64,000 bases of DNA, taken from NCBI RefSeq assembly GCF_006345805.1, contig NC_043016.1, positions 14,508,001 through 14,572,000 on the forward strand. The letters are read 5' to 3'. The notes beneath the pieces are model-generated. The model was not told where the DNA came from, searched no databases, and worked only from the letters and a program-made list of their open reading frames with translations. Shown here piece after piece: positions 24,382-37,209 of the stretch. Numbering within the stretch: position 1 is the first letter of the stretch; each line of letters starts with the position of its first letter. The position numbers and the translations under genes were made by a program. Source of the DNA: Octopus sinensis. Its lineage: Eukaryota.

Positions 24382-24646
24382 TGAAGGCTGGTTTATAGGG
24401 TTACCCAGGGTTTCTCACCATAAAGGGTACATTTATGGCATATCTTCAGACCCTATCACCTGTTGGCCTATGGGCCTCTTTAAAATATAGAGGGGGAAAT
24501 CAAAGGGATATGATCCCCATTGTTTATATCTGTTTCGTTTCCCCTCCATATTTTAAAGAGGCTGTAGGCCAACAGATCTTAGGGTCTGAAGATAAAGGGT
24601 ACTTTTATGGTGAGAAACCCAGGGTAGCCCTATAAACCGGCCATCA
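24382..24646. mobile_element. fold-back MITE
   Basis: Outer IR 36/39 (24386-24424 vs 24604-24642) plus nested IR blocks ATCTTCAGACCCT, CTGTTGGCCT and GCCTCTTTAAAATAT. Confidence 0.8.
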
Positions 24647-24721
24647 CCAGGAATATATATATATATATATGCATATATATATATAATTGCATATATATAT
24701 GATTGCATATATATATATATA

Positions 24722-26352
24722 TATTCCTGGTAAGGCAGCTGCAGGAGAAATACCTGGCCAAAGATAAGCCCCTGTACCTGGCTTTCGTTGACATGGAGAA
24801 AGCCTTTGATAGGGTCCCCCGATCCCTTATCTGGTGGTCAATGAGGAAACTAGGGATAGATGAATGGCTGGTGAGGGCTGTGCAAGCCATGTACAGAGAT
24901 GCCGTAAGTAAGGTTAGGGTTGGCAACATGTACACAGAAAATTCAAAGTAGAGGTTGGGGTCCACCAGGGTTCAGTACTCAGCCCCCTCCTATTTATCAT
25001 AGTCCTCCAGGCAATTACGGAGGAATTCAAGACAGGTTGCACCTGGGAGCTCCTCTACGCTGACGACCTTGCTCTAATTGCTGAGTCACTATCAGAACTG
25101 GAGGAGAAGTTCCAGGTGTGGAAGGAGGGCTAGAATCGAGGGGCGCGTAGAGTCAATCTAGCTAAAACCAAAGTCGTAATAAGTAGGAAGGTAGACAATC
25201 CACAAATCTTCAGGAAGATGGCCCTGCTCGATCTGTAGAAAAGGTGTAGGTAGAAACTCTATAAGATGTACCCAGTGTAAGCTATGGACACATAAGAGGT
25301 GCAGCAATGTCAAAGGTAGGCTAACTGGGAAGATAGTTTTTGTATGTGGCAGATGCTCGGGAGCATTAACCTCCAAAAATCTACAGAAAACAACTTCCGT
25401 CACTTTCCAGGGGGAAAAACTAGAAGTAGTTGATAGCTTCCGTTATCAGTTGTGGGGGTGGGTGTGCTGAAAGTGTAACTGCTAGAGTAAGAATAGCCTG
25501 GGCAAAGTTTATGGAGCTCTTACCTCTGCTGGTGACTAAAGGCCTCTCGCTCAGAGTAAAAGGCAGACTGTATGATGCATGTGTACGAACAGCCATGCTA
25601 CATGGCAGTGAAACATGGGCCGTGACTGCTGAGGACATGCGTAAGCTTGTGAGGAATGAAGCCAGTATGCTCCGATGGATGTGTAGTGTCAGTGTGCATA
25701 CTCAACAGAGCGTTAGTACATTGAGAGAAATGTTGGACCTAAGAAGCATCAGTTGTGGTGTGCAAGAGAGACGATTGCGCTGGTATGGTCATGTGGCGAG
25801 AATGGATGAAAATAGGTGTGTGCGAAGTGCAATCCCTAGCAATTGAGGGAACCGTGGAAGAGGTAGACCTAGGAAAACCTGGGACGAGGTGGTGAAGCAC
25901 GACCTTCGAACTTTAGGCACTGAGGAGGAAATGACCACGACCGGGACCTTTTGGAAATATGCTGTACGTGAGAAGACCAGCAGGACAAGTGAGCCCAGCC
26001 AACTTATGCATGCCTTTCCTCCCTGGACACAAAGACTGTTGAGGCAAGCGAAGTCATATAGAACCTCATCCGACGACAGGCACCCATGCCAACCCCCTTT
26101 GCTTGCGAAGACATTTTGGGGCAAGCGAAATCGAAATCGAATTGAACCAGCCAGGATCCCTGGTCTGGTGGGTCGTACGTAAAAAGCACTATCCGACTCG
26201 TGGCCGATGCCAGCGCCGCCTCGACTGGCCTCCGTGCGGTGGGCACGTAAAAATACACCAATCCGAACCGTGGCCATTGCCAGCCTCGCCGGCACCTGTG
26301 CAGGTGGCACGTAAAAAGCACCCACTACGCTCACGAGTAGTGGTTGGCGTTA
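24722..26352 (+). mobile_element. RTE LINE (RT domain to 3' UTR, cut by the gap)
   Basis: LAFVDMEKAFDRVP, HQGSVLSPLLF and YADD (25056-25067). Frameshifted; the 3' UTR repeats run into the N gap. Confidence 0.93.
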
Positions 26353-26452
26353 NNNNNNNNNNNNNNNNNNNNNNNNNNNNNNNNNNNNNNNNNNNNNNNN
26401 NNNNNNNNNNNNNNNNNNNNNNNNNNNNNNNNNNNNNNNNNNNNNNNNNNNN
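26353..26452. other. assembly gap (100 N)
   Basis: Run of N. Confidence 1.
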
Positions 26453-26548
26453 TTGATCATATAATGTCTCTTTTATTTTTAAGCAAAAGCGACGTTTGAA
26501 GAGAATTTTGTTGCTATTTTTAGGAGGTAAAGTAGCTGTCGAATGATA

Positions 26549-26580
<32 letters not shown>

Positions 26581-26599
26581 AGAGTGATGGTAGTGATGG

Positions 26600-27050
26600 T
26601 GGTGAATGCCTAACTTTTCACACACTAATTCAAGTATAGCACATGCAGTATAACTCTTTGGTACAATTTCGTTTTCATGGCCATCCTTAATGTCTCTCTT
26701 CTCTGACACTAATTCCAGTATAGAATGGACAGTACAACTGCTTGGTACTCTTTCAACTCGGTGGCCAGCCATAATGTCTCTCTTCTCTCACACTAATTGA
26801 AATATAGAATAGGCAGTCCAAATGTCTGTTACACATTCAACTTGGTGGCCATCCTTAATGCCTCTCTTCTCTCACACAAATTCATGTATTCAATAGCCAG
26901 TACACCTGCTTGGTACACTTTCAACTCGGTGGTCAGTTAATGTCTCTCTTCTCTGACACTAATTCCAGTATAGAATGGGCAGTTGTAACTGCTTTGGTAC
27001 ACTTTCAACGTGGTGGTCAACCTTAATGTCTCTTTTCTTCTACACTGATT
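26600..27050. repeat. 84-bp minisatellite, about 5.5 units
   Basis: TGGYC unit starts at 26678, 26762, 26846, 26930 and 27014. Confidence 0.92.
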
Positions 27051-27305
27051 CATGAGCTTCCTTTGGCAATGTGTGTCCCTTCTTCATTGTCAATGTTCAC
27101 AGATTTGTTGAGTTTGTTGCTGGCATACATCAACTTATCAACACCCTTCAGTGTTTCTCCTCTGACTGTGATAGTTGGTTCCACATATGGCTTCTGCAGG
27201 TCATGTTGGTCCATGACTTCTGTCTTCTGAGTACACATTATGAGGCCCAACGTTGTTGCAAGTCCAGAAAAAGCAGATCATGTTCTGCCGTATCTAGGCC
27301 TGTGT
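27050..27305 (-). mobile_element. RTE-BovB-like RT fragment
   Basis: GLIMCTQKTEVMDQ...KPYVEPTITVRGETLKGVDKL...IDNE...IAKGSS matches BovB-type FGLTISLKKTEVM...IDDEV..RIAKAS. Confidence 0.75.
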
Positions 27306-27309
27306 AGCA

Positions 27310-27772
27310 GGTTGAGGCAAAGTTTCTACTGTTAGATGCCCCTTCCTAATGCCAACCACTCCGAGAGAGTAGTGGGTGCTTTTTATGGGCCACCAGCATG
27401 GGGACCAGTCAGGCAGCACTAGCATTGACCATGCTCAAATGGTGCTTTTTACGTGCCACCGGCATGGGACTAGTCAGACAGTACTGGCATCAACCACGCT
27501 TGTATGGTGCTTTTTATGTGTCACCAGCATGGATGCCAGTCTGGTGGTACTGGCATCGGTCATGATGATGATTTCATTTGACTCAACAGGTCTTCTTAAG
27601 CACAGCATATTGCCCAATGATTGAAGGGTTCTCTTGAATGGCTCAGTTATACTGCACTGGCATAGGTCACAGCTACAGTCTCTCTTGGCTTGCCAGGTCT
27701 TCTCAAGCACAGCATATCTCCAATGGTCTCGGTCACTTGTCATTGCCTCCATGAAGCCTGACATTCAAATTT
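27310..27772 (-). mobile_element. RTE ORF end plus 3' UTR
   Basis: DRDHWRYAVLEKTWQAK, followed by the UTR repeat and the CCTTCCTAATGCCAACCAC block. Confidence 0.8.
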
Positions 27773-27779
27773 GACAAGA

Positions 27780-28540
27780 TATTAGGTTGTAGTACTTTAA
27801 ATGGGTTTCTTATGAGTCATCTATAAATGGATTTTTAATGAGTTTCTATGTATTTGCTTGACCACTTAAAACTTTTTCTTTCGAGACAATACTATCATTC
27901 AAAATTGCTACCCACAGCTCTTATGACAATGTAGACAACTGAACAATACCGAGTGATGTTCTTGTACGAATACAAGTTGGGTCACTCTGCTACTGAAGTT
28001 CTATGAAACATCAAGCAGGCTTTTGGTAACCATTCTATTGACATTAGAACTGTTCAGAGATGGTTCCAAAGATTTCGTTCAGGAAATGAAAGCCTTAAAA
28101 ATGAACCAAGAGGGAGACCAAAATCAGTTATACGGCATGATGAATTGAATGCTTTGGTTAAACAAAATCCGAGAACAATGGTCTGAAAAATCAGATCAGA
28201 GCATCAGACACCTCCCAAAACTGCTTCTCAACACTGAAGAAAATTGGAAAAGTCAAAAAGGTGAATAGATTTGTTCCCCATCAACTTAATGAGATTCAAA
28301 GAAACAGATGCCTTACAGTGTGTTCCATGTTGATTTCTCAGTTGGAAAGAGAACCATTTTTGTATGAACCTGTGATGAGAAATGGATGCTCATTGATAAC
28401 AGCAGGACAGGATAGTGATTAGATGCAGGAGTTTCACCAAAACACTACCCAAAACCCTAAAAAGTTGATGGTCACTGTATGGTGGTCAACAAAGGGAGTT
28501 CTTCATTATTCATTTTGACAGCAAGGAAAATCTTCAACAG
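27780..28540 (+). mobile_element. mariner transposase 5' half
   Basis: TA|TTAGGTTG start; FLYEYKLGHSA, RTVQRWFQRFRSGNESLKNEPRGRP, FVPHQL, TCDEKW and TVWWS. Confidence 0.85.
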
Positions 28541-28589
28541 CACTTCTAAGGTGCACCTTGGAGCCTCCAACAGGACTCAGCTCCTTCAC

Positions 28590-29520
28590 ACAGCTCCAAT
28601 GATTGAAGGGTACTCTTAAATGGGCCGGTTATGCTGGACTGGTATAGGTCACAGTTATGGTCCCACTTGGCATGCCAGGTCTTCTCAAGCACAGCATATC
28701 TCCAAAGGTCTTGGTCACTTGTCATCGCCTCTGTGAGGCCCAACGTTTGAAGGTCATGCTTCACAGGTCTTCTTGGGTCTACATCTTCCACAGGTTCCCT
28801 CTATTGCTAGGGTGTAACACATTTTCACACAGCTGTCCTCATTCATTCGCAACACATGATCATACCAGTGCAGTCGTCTCTCTTGCACACTACATCTGAT
28901 GCTTCTTAAATCCAACTTTTCTCTCAGGGCGCTTACACTCTGTTGAGTATGCACACTGACATTACACATCCAGTGGAGCATACTAGCTTCATATTTTGCA
29001 AGCTTAAGCATGTCCTTAGCAGTCACAGCCCATGCTTCACTGCCATGTAGCATAGCTGTTCATACACATGTGTCATACAGTCTATCTTTCATTCTGAGCA
29101 AGTAGCCCTTTGTTACCAGCAGAGGTAGGAGCACTCTGAACTTTGCCCAGCCTATTCTTATTCTAGCAGCAACACTCTCAGAGCATCCAACCCCGCTACA
29201 GACTTGGTTACCTAGGTAACCGAAGCTATCAACTACTTCTAGTTTTTCCCCTGGAATGTGACAGAAGCTGTTTTCTGCACATTTTCAGTGTTTATTGCCC
29301 CTGAGCATTTGCCACATACAAAAACTATCTTCCCAGTTAGCCTTCCTTTGATATTGCTGCACCTCTTATGTGTCCATATTTTACACTGGGTACATCTTAT
29401 AGAGTTTCTACCTACCCTTTTTCTACAGATCAAGCAGGGTCATCTACCTGAAAGGATTTGTGGTTTGTCTGCCTTTCTACTTACTAAGACTTTGGTTTTT
29501 GCTAGGTTGACTCCAAGGCT
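28590..29520 (-). mobile_element. RTE LINE fragment
   Basis: CRKRVGRNSIRCTQCKIWTHKRCS, MLHGSEAWAV and LHWYDHVLRM. Confidence 0.88.
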
Positions 29521-29544
29521 TCGATTCTGTTGTTATCAATATAT

Positions 29545-30062
29545 ATCAAGATGCTTAGATGTATCAGATGTAGTGTGCAAGAGAAACGACTGTGTTGGTA
29601 TAGTCATGTGATGCGTATGGACGAGGACAGCTGTGTAAAGAAGTAGTGATCTCTACCTGTGGAGGGAACCTTGTGGAAGAGGTAGACCCAGGAAGACGTG
29701 GGGTGAAGTGGTGAAGCATGGTCTTCAAATGTTGGGTGTCAAAGGGATCAAGACCTTTGGCGATATGCTGTGCTTCAGAAGACTCGTTAAGCCAAGTGAA
29801 ATCATTGTCATGGTCAATGTTGGTGTCATGTAACTGGCACCGGTGCTGGCAGTACATAGAAGCACCCATGCCAGTGGCAGGTAAAAGGCACCCATTACAC
29901 TCTTGGAGTGGTTGGCATTAGGAGGGACATCCAGCTGCAGAAACAAATCCAAACTCAGACTGGAACTTGGTGCAACTCTCCAGCTTACTAGTTCCGGTCA
30001 AACTGTCCAACCCATGCCAGCATGGAAAGCAGACATTAAATACTGCTGCTGCTGCTGATGAT
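29545..30062 (+). mobile_element. RTE ORF end plus 3' UTR
   Basis: GRGRPRKTWGEVVKH, then the UTR, ending CAGACATTAAAT-(GCT)n(GAT)n. Confidence 0.8.
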
Positions 30063-30069
30063 GATATAT

Positions 30070-30500
30070 AGGTGCAAGCATGGCTCTGTGATAAGAAATT
30101 TGCTTCCCAACAACATGGTTTCAAGTTCAGTCCCAGCATGTGACAACTTGGGCAAGTCTCTTCTACTATAGCCTCAGGCCAGCCAAAGCCTTCTGAGTGG
30201 ATTTGGTAGATGGAAACTGAAAGAAGCTTGTTTGTATGTGTGTGCATGCACGTGCCTGTGTGTGTATGTGTGTGCATGTGTGTACATGTCTGTGTGTGTG
30301 TGTGTATGAACCTTTGTGCTTGTGTTTGTCCTCCACCACACCACTTCCACCACTACTTGACAAGTGGTGTTGGTTTGTTTACCATCCCTATTACTTAAGA
30401 GATTGGCAAAGAGAGGCCAATACAACAATACCAGGCTTAGAAATAACAGTGAATATTGGGGTTTATTTCTTCAACTAAGCCCTTATGATGACTCAAGCAA
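30070..30500 (+). mobile_element. SINE family A
   Basis: GCATGGCTCTGTGATAAGAA head and core with internal (TG)n. Confidence 0.8.
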
Positions 30501-30898
30501 GTAAATGATTAAGCACACACACACACACACACAAGTGGATTTTTCAAATGGAAGTAGTGTTATAGCGGTTGGAACATGTTTATGAATTTTTATTTCGGGG
30601 ATTGTGAACTAGGGTATCAAGTTACATGACAAAGGGTGAGCGGATATGGCTGTTAAGCTGTAAGAGAGAGTATTGAATATAAGTGACTAAGATTTCAAAA
30701 CAAAAGGCTGCCCTAGAAAGAATGATCAGCCAATAAACTGAAGAAAACAGAGATATGTGTATTACCCCTTTTTCATATAAGTTAAGGAGTGGTTAGTTGA
30801 ACTTAGTTTTCAGACAAGCAGACAAGTCATTAGTATTCAAATACTTATTTTACATACATACACTTTGTATTGTGTGTGTATATATATATATATATATA

Positions 30899-31154
30899 TC
30901 ATCATCATCATCATCATTGTTTAACGTCCGTTTTCCATGCTAGCATGGGTTGGACGGTTTGACCTGGGTCTGGGAAGCCAGGGGCTGCACCAGGCTCCAG
31001 TCTGATCTGGCAGTGTTTCTACGGCTGGATGCCCTTCCTAACGCCAACCACTCCATGAGTGTAGTGGGTGCTTTTTGCATGCCACCGGCACAGGTGCCAG
31101 GGAAGGCTGGCAATGGCCACGATCAGTTTGTGCTTTTTATGTGCCACTGGCACG

Positions 31155-31160
<6 letters not shown>
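30899..31160 (-). mobile_element. RTE 3' UTR copy
   Basis: (CAT)n-GTTTAACGTCCGTTTTCCATGCTAGC consensus. Confidence 0.85.
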
Positions 31161-31194
<34 letters not shown>

Positions 31195-31197
<3 letters not shown>

Positions 31198-31525
31198 CAC
31201 CATCCGAACATGGTTGATGCCAGATCCGCTTGACTGGCTACCATGCTGGTGGCACATAAGAAGCACCATCCAAATGTGGCTGATGCCAGTACCCCTTGAC
31301 TGACCCCCGTGATTGATGCCAGGTCCACCTCACTGTCTCTTGCGCCGATGCCACATAAAAAGCACCCACTAAACTCTCGGAGTGGTTGATGTCAGGAAGG
31401 GCATCCAACATTGCTTGATCAGATTGGAGCCTGGTGCAGCCATTGACTCTCCTGAGCTCAGTCAAACCGTCCAACCCATACCAGCATGAAAAATGGACAT
31501 TAAGCAATGATAATGATGATGATAC
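31195..31525 (+). mobile_element. RTE 3' UTR copy
   Basis: AAGCACCATCC repeats, GGAAGGGCATCC block and (GAT)n tail. Divergent from the previous copy across a (TA)n tract. Confidence 0.8.
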
Positions 31526-31919
31526 TAGCTTAAAAGCTGTCCTGTCAGGTGGCTTTTGAGCCAGTATATAGCTTTTAAGCAACTGACCCTGAATGGGAAG
31601 ATCTGCAAACAGATCTCTGACTTGCTTTATAGAATTTGTTGCAGTTGCTTCCTCCAGAGTCATATTGCAATGACGATCATATTCGTTGCAAAAAAATCAT
31701 GTAAAAATTATCACTGAAAACAATTGCAGTAATGAAGACATAGGAATCCAAAATTTCTGGATTGCAGATCTGGATTTTTTAATTTACTCACGGAGTCAGA
31801 CTGATTCCAAAATGGTATGATATGTTGGGCTACAGCCTCTAGGAGTAAAGTAGAAAAAGTGTGACACATTGACACACTGACACACTGACATTTACATTCA
31901 TTATTTTATATTATATTAA

Positions 31920-32125
31920 GGTGACAAGCTGGCAGAATCATTAGCATGCTTAGTAGTATTTCGTCTGCTGTTAGGTTTTGAGTTCAAATTCTGCTGAGGT
32001 CGACTTTGCCTTTTTTCCTTTCAGATTTGATAAAATTAATACCAGTTACATACTGGGATCAATGTAATCAACTTAATCCCTTCCTCCAACATTTGAGGCT
32101 TTGTGCTTCCAGCAGAAAGGATGTA
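31920..32125 (+). mobile_element. SINE family B
   Basis: GACAAGCTGGCAGAATCATTAGC...GTTCAAATTCTGCTGAGGTCGACTTTGCC...AGCAGAAAGGA. Confidence 0.8.
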
Positions 32126-32360
32126 TTAAAGTTGAAAAAGTATCACACAATGATATTCATATTCATTATATTAGATATATATAGGTGCAGGCATAACTGT
32201 GTTGTCAACCACATGGTTCCAGGTTCAATCCCGCTGCATGGCACCTTGTGCAAATGTCTTTTACTACAGCCTCGGGTCAACCAAAGCTTCGTGAGTGAAT
32301 TTGTTAGGTGGAAATTGAAAGAAGCCCATCATATATATGTATATGTATGTAAATAAAAGA

Positions 32361-32407
<47 letters not shown>

Positions 32408-32447
32408 TATATAATCACACACATATAAATATACGCACACCACACAA

Positions 32448-32491
<44 letters not shown>

Positions 32492-32639
32492 GTGTATCTG
32501 AGGAGAGTCATTCTGTTTTAATACCTTATTATTTAGCACACTCACTGGTTTGATTTCCACTCATTTACTTATTTATTTAGTTTTCCTCCAAAATTTTTGT
32601 TGCTTCTTGCAACCTCTTCAATAGCTGTTGACTGTCCAT

Positions 32640-33094
32640 TATTGGAGTTGTGTTCTTTTTGTTTATTTGTTTGTTTGTGCACATGTGTGTGCATCAGTGT
32701 GCATGTGTATACACATATGTATGTATGTATGTATGTATTTATGTATGTATGTGTGTGTGTGTGTATGTATGTATGCATGTATGTATGTATGTATGTATGT
32801 ATGTATGTATGTGTGTATGTATGAATGTATGCATGTATGTATGTATGTATGTATGTATGTTTGTATGTACGTATGTATGTATGTATGTATGTATGTATGT
32901 ATGTATGTATGTATGTACGTATGTACGGATGTATGTATGTATGTATGTATGTATGTATGTATGTACGGATGTATGTATGTATGTATGTTTGTATGTATGT
33001 ATGTATGTATGTATGTATGTATGTGTATGTATGAATGTATGTATGTATGTATGCATGTATGTATGTAATGTATGTATGTATGTATGTATGTATG

Positions 33095-33125
<31 letters not shown>

Positions 33126-34260
33126 TGTATGTATGCATGTATGTATGTATGTATGTATGTATGTATGTATGTATGTATGCATGTATGTATGTATGTATGT
33201 ATTTATGTATGTATGTGTGTGTGTATGTATGTATGTATGTATGTATGCATGTATGTATGTATGTATGTATGTATGTGTGTATGTATGTATGCCTGTATGT
33301 ATGTATGTATGTATGTATGTATGTATGTATGTATATGCTTGTGTATGTATGTTGTATGTTATGATTTATGAATGTATGTATGAATGTATGTATGTAGTAT
33401 GTATGTATGTATGTATGTATGTATTTTATGTAAGAATGTATGTATGTATGTATGTATGTATGTATGTATGTATGTATATGCGTGTGTATGTATGTATGTA
33501 TGTATGTATGTATGATAATGTATGTATGTATGTATGCATGTATGTATGTATGTATGTATGTATGCATGTATGTATGTATTGTATGTATGTGTGTATGTAT
33601 GTATGTATGCATGTATGTATGTATGCATGCATGCATGTATGTATGTATGTATGTATGTATGTATGCATGCATGCATGCATGCATGTATGTATGCATGCAT
33701 GCATGTATGTATGTATGCATACATGCATGCATGTATGTATATATGTATGCATGCATGCATGTATGCATGCATGCATGTATGTATGTATGTATGCATGCAT
33801 GCATGCATGTATGTATGTATGTATGTATGCATGCATGCATGCATGCATGTATGTATGCATGCATGCATGTATGTATGTGTGTATGTATGTATGTATGTGT
33901 GCATGTGTGCATATATGTATGTGTATGTGTTTATATGTATTCTGCATATTCATGTGTTTGTGTGTGCATGTTTGCATGCTAGTATTGTGTGTGTGTATGT
34001 GTGCATGCTTGTCTGCCCATATCACTTATGGGCCTATCTATCTGCTTACCTACCTGTTTACCTCCATATCCCTTTACCTACCTAACTATATATATATATA
34101 TATATATAAATGTATGTATGTATATGTGTGTATATATATGTATATATAAATGTATGTGTATATATTATTTATATGTATATATATATGCATATATGTATAT
34201 ATATATATATATGTACATATATATATATGTATATATATGTATTATATATATATAAATATA

Positions 34261-34301
<41 letters not shown>

Positions 34302-34340
34302 TATATATATATATATATATACATGTATGTATGTATATTT
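32640..34340. repeat. compound microsatellite: (TATG)n to (TGCA)n to (TG)n/(TA)n
   Basis: About 1.2 kb of (TATG)n core at roughly 32715-33900. It generates the spurious MYVC and HTYI ORFs. Confidence 0.97.
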
Positions 34341-34439
34341 GCCTATATAACAGCCTACTAACAAATCTACCTGTGTATGTATATACTGTTGGTGTAGGGG
34401 TATCACTACCTTGTACATGTATTCCTATTTAGTGCGGGG

Positions 34440-34935
34440 GATGTTTCATTTATGAGGATGTACTCCTGTATTTGTCTGAGTGATGGGTCCTTCGGGTGCT
34501 TGGATAAAATGTTGATGTTGATTCAGCCCAATGTGCCTTCATGTTGGTCTTTAGAGTATGGAGGACTGTTTTCTTGTCATCATGTTGTCTCAAATGTTCA
34601 TTTAGTCTTTCCGCAATTCTCCTAGATGTCTCAGCAATGTATGTCATGTTCTTGTCTTTACAAGCACCCCCTAGACACCTTATGCTGTAGACTACATTTC
34701 TAGTTCTACAGTTAATGCCAGGGTTAATCTTACATACCATGTAGTTCTCATGGGTGCATGTGATATTCTCGAAAGGGTATGTCTTACACAACTGTGATCT
34801 GATGGAGCTCTCTGGTTTTTCAATGATCTTAATGTTATGTTTGGTCTCCTTTAGAGCTTTCCTAGATAATAAGGAGTCCATCCAGAAGAGTTGCAGGAGA
34901 TTCTGAAGTCGTCTGGGGGCCATGGTTGAAGCCAA
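34440..34935 (-). mobile_element. Penelope-like element GIY-YIG endonuclease relic
   Basis: CKINPGINCRTRNVVYSIRCLGGACKDKNMTYIAETSRRIAERLNEH gives the VVY...YI(G)ET.R...R..EH motif with a Cys-rich linker. Confidence 0.8.
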
Positions 34936-35114
34936 TGGTGATTTTATTGAACAAATTTACTCTTTAGTATTTCAAGATATTTTTATGTAATTTTGGTAAA
35001 TATATATCTGTTAAAATGAGATGTCAGACTTATTTTCATTTTTGTGTAATTTAGCCACACCTTGTATATATTATTATATATATACACACATGTGTGTGTG
35101 TGTGTGTGTGTGTG

Positions 35115-35152
<38 letters not shown>

Positions 35153-35169
35153 GTGTATAGAGACTTGGG

Positions 35170-36022
35170 AAATTGTTTCTTTCAAATGCCCTTGGTGCTC
35201 ATTAGAGATAGTAGATAATTTCTGCTACCTGGGGGACCAAATTAGCAGTGGGGTGCGAATGCATGGAGTCTATGATAGGTAGAATAAGAATAAGATGGAG
35301 AAAATTCAGAGAGCTGTTACCTCTGTTGGCCATGAAAGGTTTCTCTCTCTGAGTGAAATGAAGGTTGCATGATGCATGTATACAGACAGCAATTCTACAT
35401 GGTTAGTGAGACATGGGCTCTAGATGTAGAGGACAAGCAAAGACTAGAGAGAAATGAGGTTAGTATGCTCTGATGTATGTGTAATGTAAGTGTACATGTT
35501 CAGCAGAGTGCAAGTATTTTGAGAGAGAGGTTAGGCATAAGAGGAATTAGTTGCTGTGAGCAAGAGAGAAGATTGTGTTGGTTTGGTCATGTGATGCAGA
35601 TGGATGCTGACAGCTTCATAAAGAAGTACTAATCTCTTAAAGTAGATTGAACATGTGGAAATGGGAGACTCAGGAAGACATGAGATGAAGTACTGAAGAA
35701 TGACCTCAGGACAATGAACCTTTCGGGTGAGATGACAAAGGACCGAGATGCCTGGTGACTGGCTGTACTCAAGAAGAGCTGTACTCCTCAGCTGAAGCAT
35801 TAAGACTAGTCCTTCTGGTGATAAAAAGCACTCAGGGCAGTGCCACATAAAAGCACCCAGCACACTCTGTAAAGTGGTTGGCGTTAGTAAGGGCATCCAG
35901 CAGTAAAAACCATGCCAAAACAAACTGGAGTCTGGTGCAGTGCCCCAGCTTGCCTGCTCTGGTCAAATCGTCCAACCCATGCCAGCATGGACAATGGATG
36001 TCAAATGATGATGATGATGATG
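35170..36022 (+). mobile_element. old RTE 3' ORF plus UTR
   Basis: LEIVDNFCYLGDQIS, WFGHVMQMD and GRLRKT, then the UTR ending in (GAT)n. Confidence 0.8.
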
Positions 36023-36099
36023 ATATATATGGTGTATATATTCCCTCTCTGCCATGCTGGGTGTTGTAGAATTGAACAACTTAACAGTATTTTTGTTGA

Positions 36100-37100
36100 G
36101 AATGCTCTAATATTTATATTGCAGGGAAAAGGCCCTATCAAGAATATGGAAGAAAATCTTAAGGTTATTTGTTTTCAAAACGAAATAATCTGCATGTTAC
36201 ATAATTAAAATGTATTATTTAAATTTTTGTATGTCTTACTTCTATCAAGGATCTTCCACTGCATGTTAAATCGGCTACCATATTCTTTCAGTGTCCAGAC
36301 CTGATCAGATAATTCAGTTACATTCCTCTTTTCTATGTTCCCAAAGGAAGAAATATGGTCGGAATACCTTTTCTTGAGTCTGACTTTTATCATGCTGCAT
36401 AATGCTTATGTGCATTGTTTGGTATGATGGAGGTGAATGCTGCTTCATAGATAATAGCTTCAGCATTGCACGACTGATTAAGAACGCATGTATCTCTGCA
36501 TACAGAATACCTGTCAGTTGTTCTGGTTGGATTACATTGAAGTTTACATGTTGGTGTAGCTGCAGCTCAGCTTTATGCTGTTTCATTTGGATAATTTTCT
36601 ATGTCGGTGATTAATTTGGAAATAGTTATTTATTAAGTCTGGAAAGTACTTTGCAATATAACTCAGTCTTTTCTTCTTGGTGGTGATGACAGATGTTAGG
36701 AGATGTGGTTAATATCACTGCTTTCGCTTACTTCTTGTACTTTGTCGTTTCAGGGTTAAGCTTTGTCAAAGATTTCCTTTTTAGGGGGAAGATTATGGAA
36801 GATTGTTATTAAGCTTTTGAAAACTATGGATGGTGATAAGACTAATAATATTTGTGAAATTTTCATCGAGTTTGGTATATGGGCACTATCTCAGAAATTT
36901 ATGGTACTCAGGTTTGTGATCATGACTAATTTTCCCTAAGCTTATCTAAGGTACATCTACTGGCGTATTGTAATGTAACCAGCCCATCATCTCTACATTA
37001 GTCAGTAGTACATGGTTATGAATTTTGTTTAGTGTATTTTAGCATTACAGACAATCACAGATTTAAACCACAAAATATTCTTACTATATCCATTGATAGT
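36100..37100 (-). mobile_element. Penelope-like element relic (RT thumb plus GIY-YIG)
   Basis: RDDGL (36980-36994), IAKYFPDLINNYFQINHRHRK..SIKLSCS, C..C...IIYEA and KKRYSDH...ELSDQVWTLKE...WKIL. Confidence 0.78.
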
Positions 37101-37209
37101 TCTGCAATAATTTTTTAAGCCTGTGGTTAATTATTTATCCTGATGGAACAAGCAAAAAACTTAACTAAAAGAGTCTTGAGATGGTTTATTTCATTAATTT
37201 TTTTGTCTC

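Noticed and set aside
26600-27050. 84-bp (28-codon) period suggesting C2H2 zinc fingers
   Set aside because: There is no CxxC...HxxxH pattern in any frame, stops are present, and the unit derives from RT sequence.
32569-34361. Long ORFs of 447 and 499 aa (HTYI / MYVC repeats)
   Set aside because: These are translations of a stop-poor (TATG)n microsatellite.
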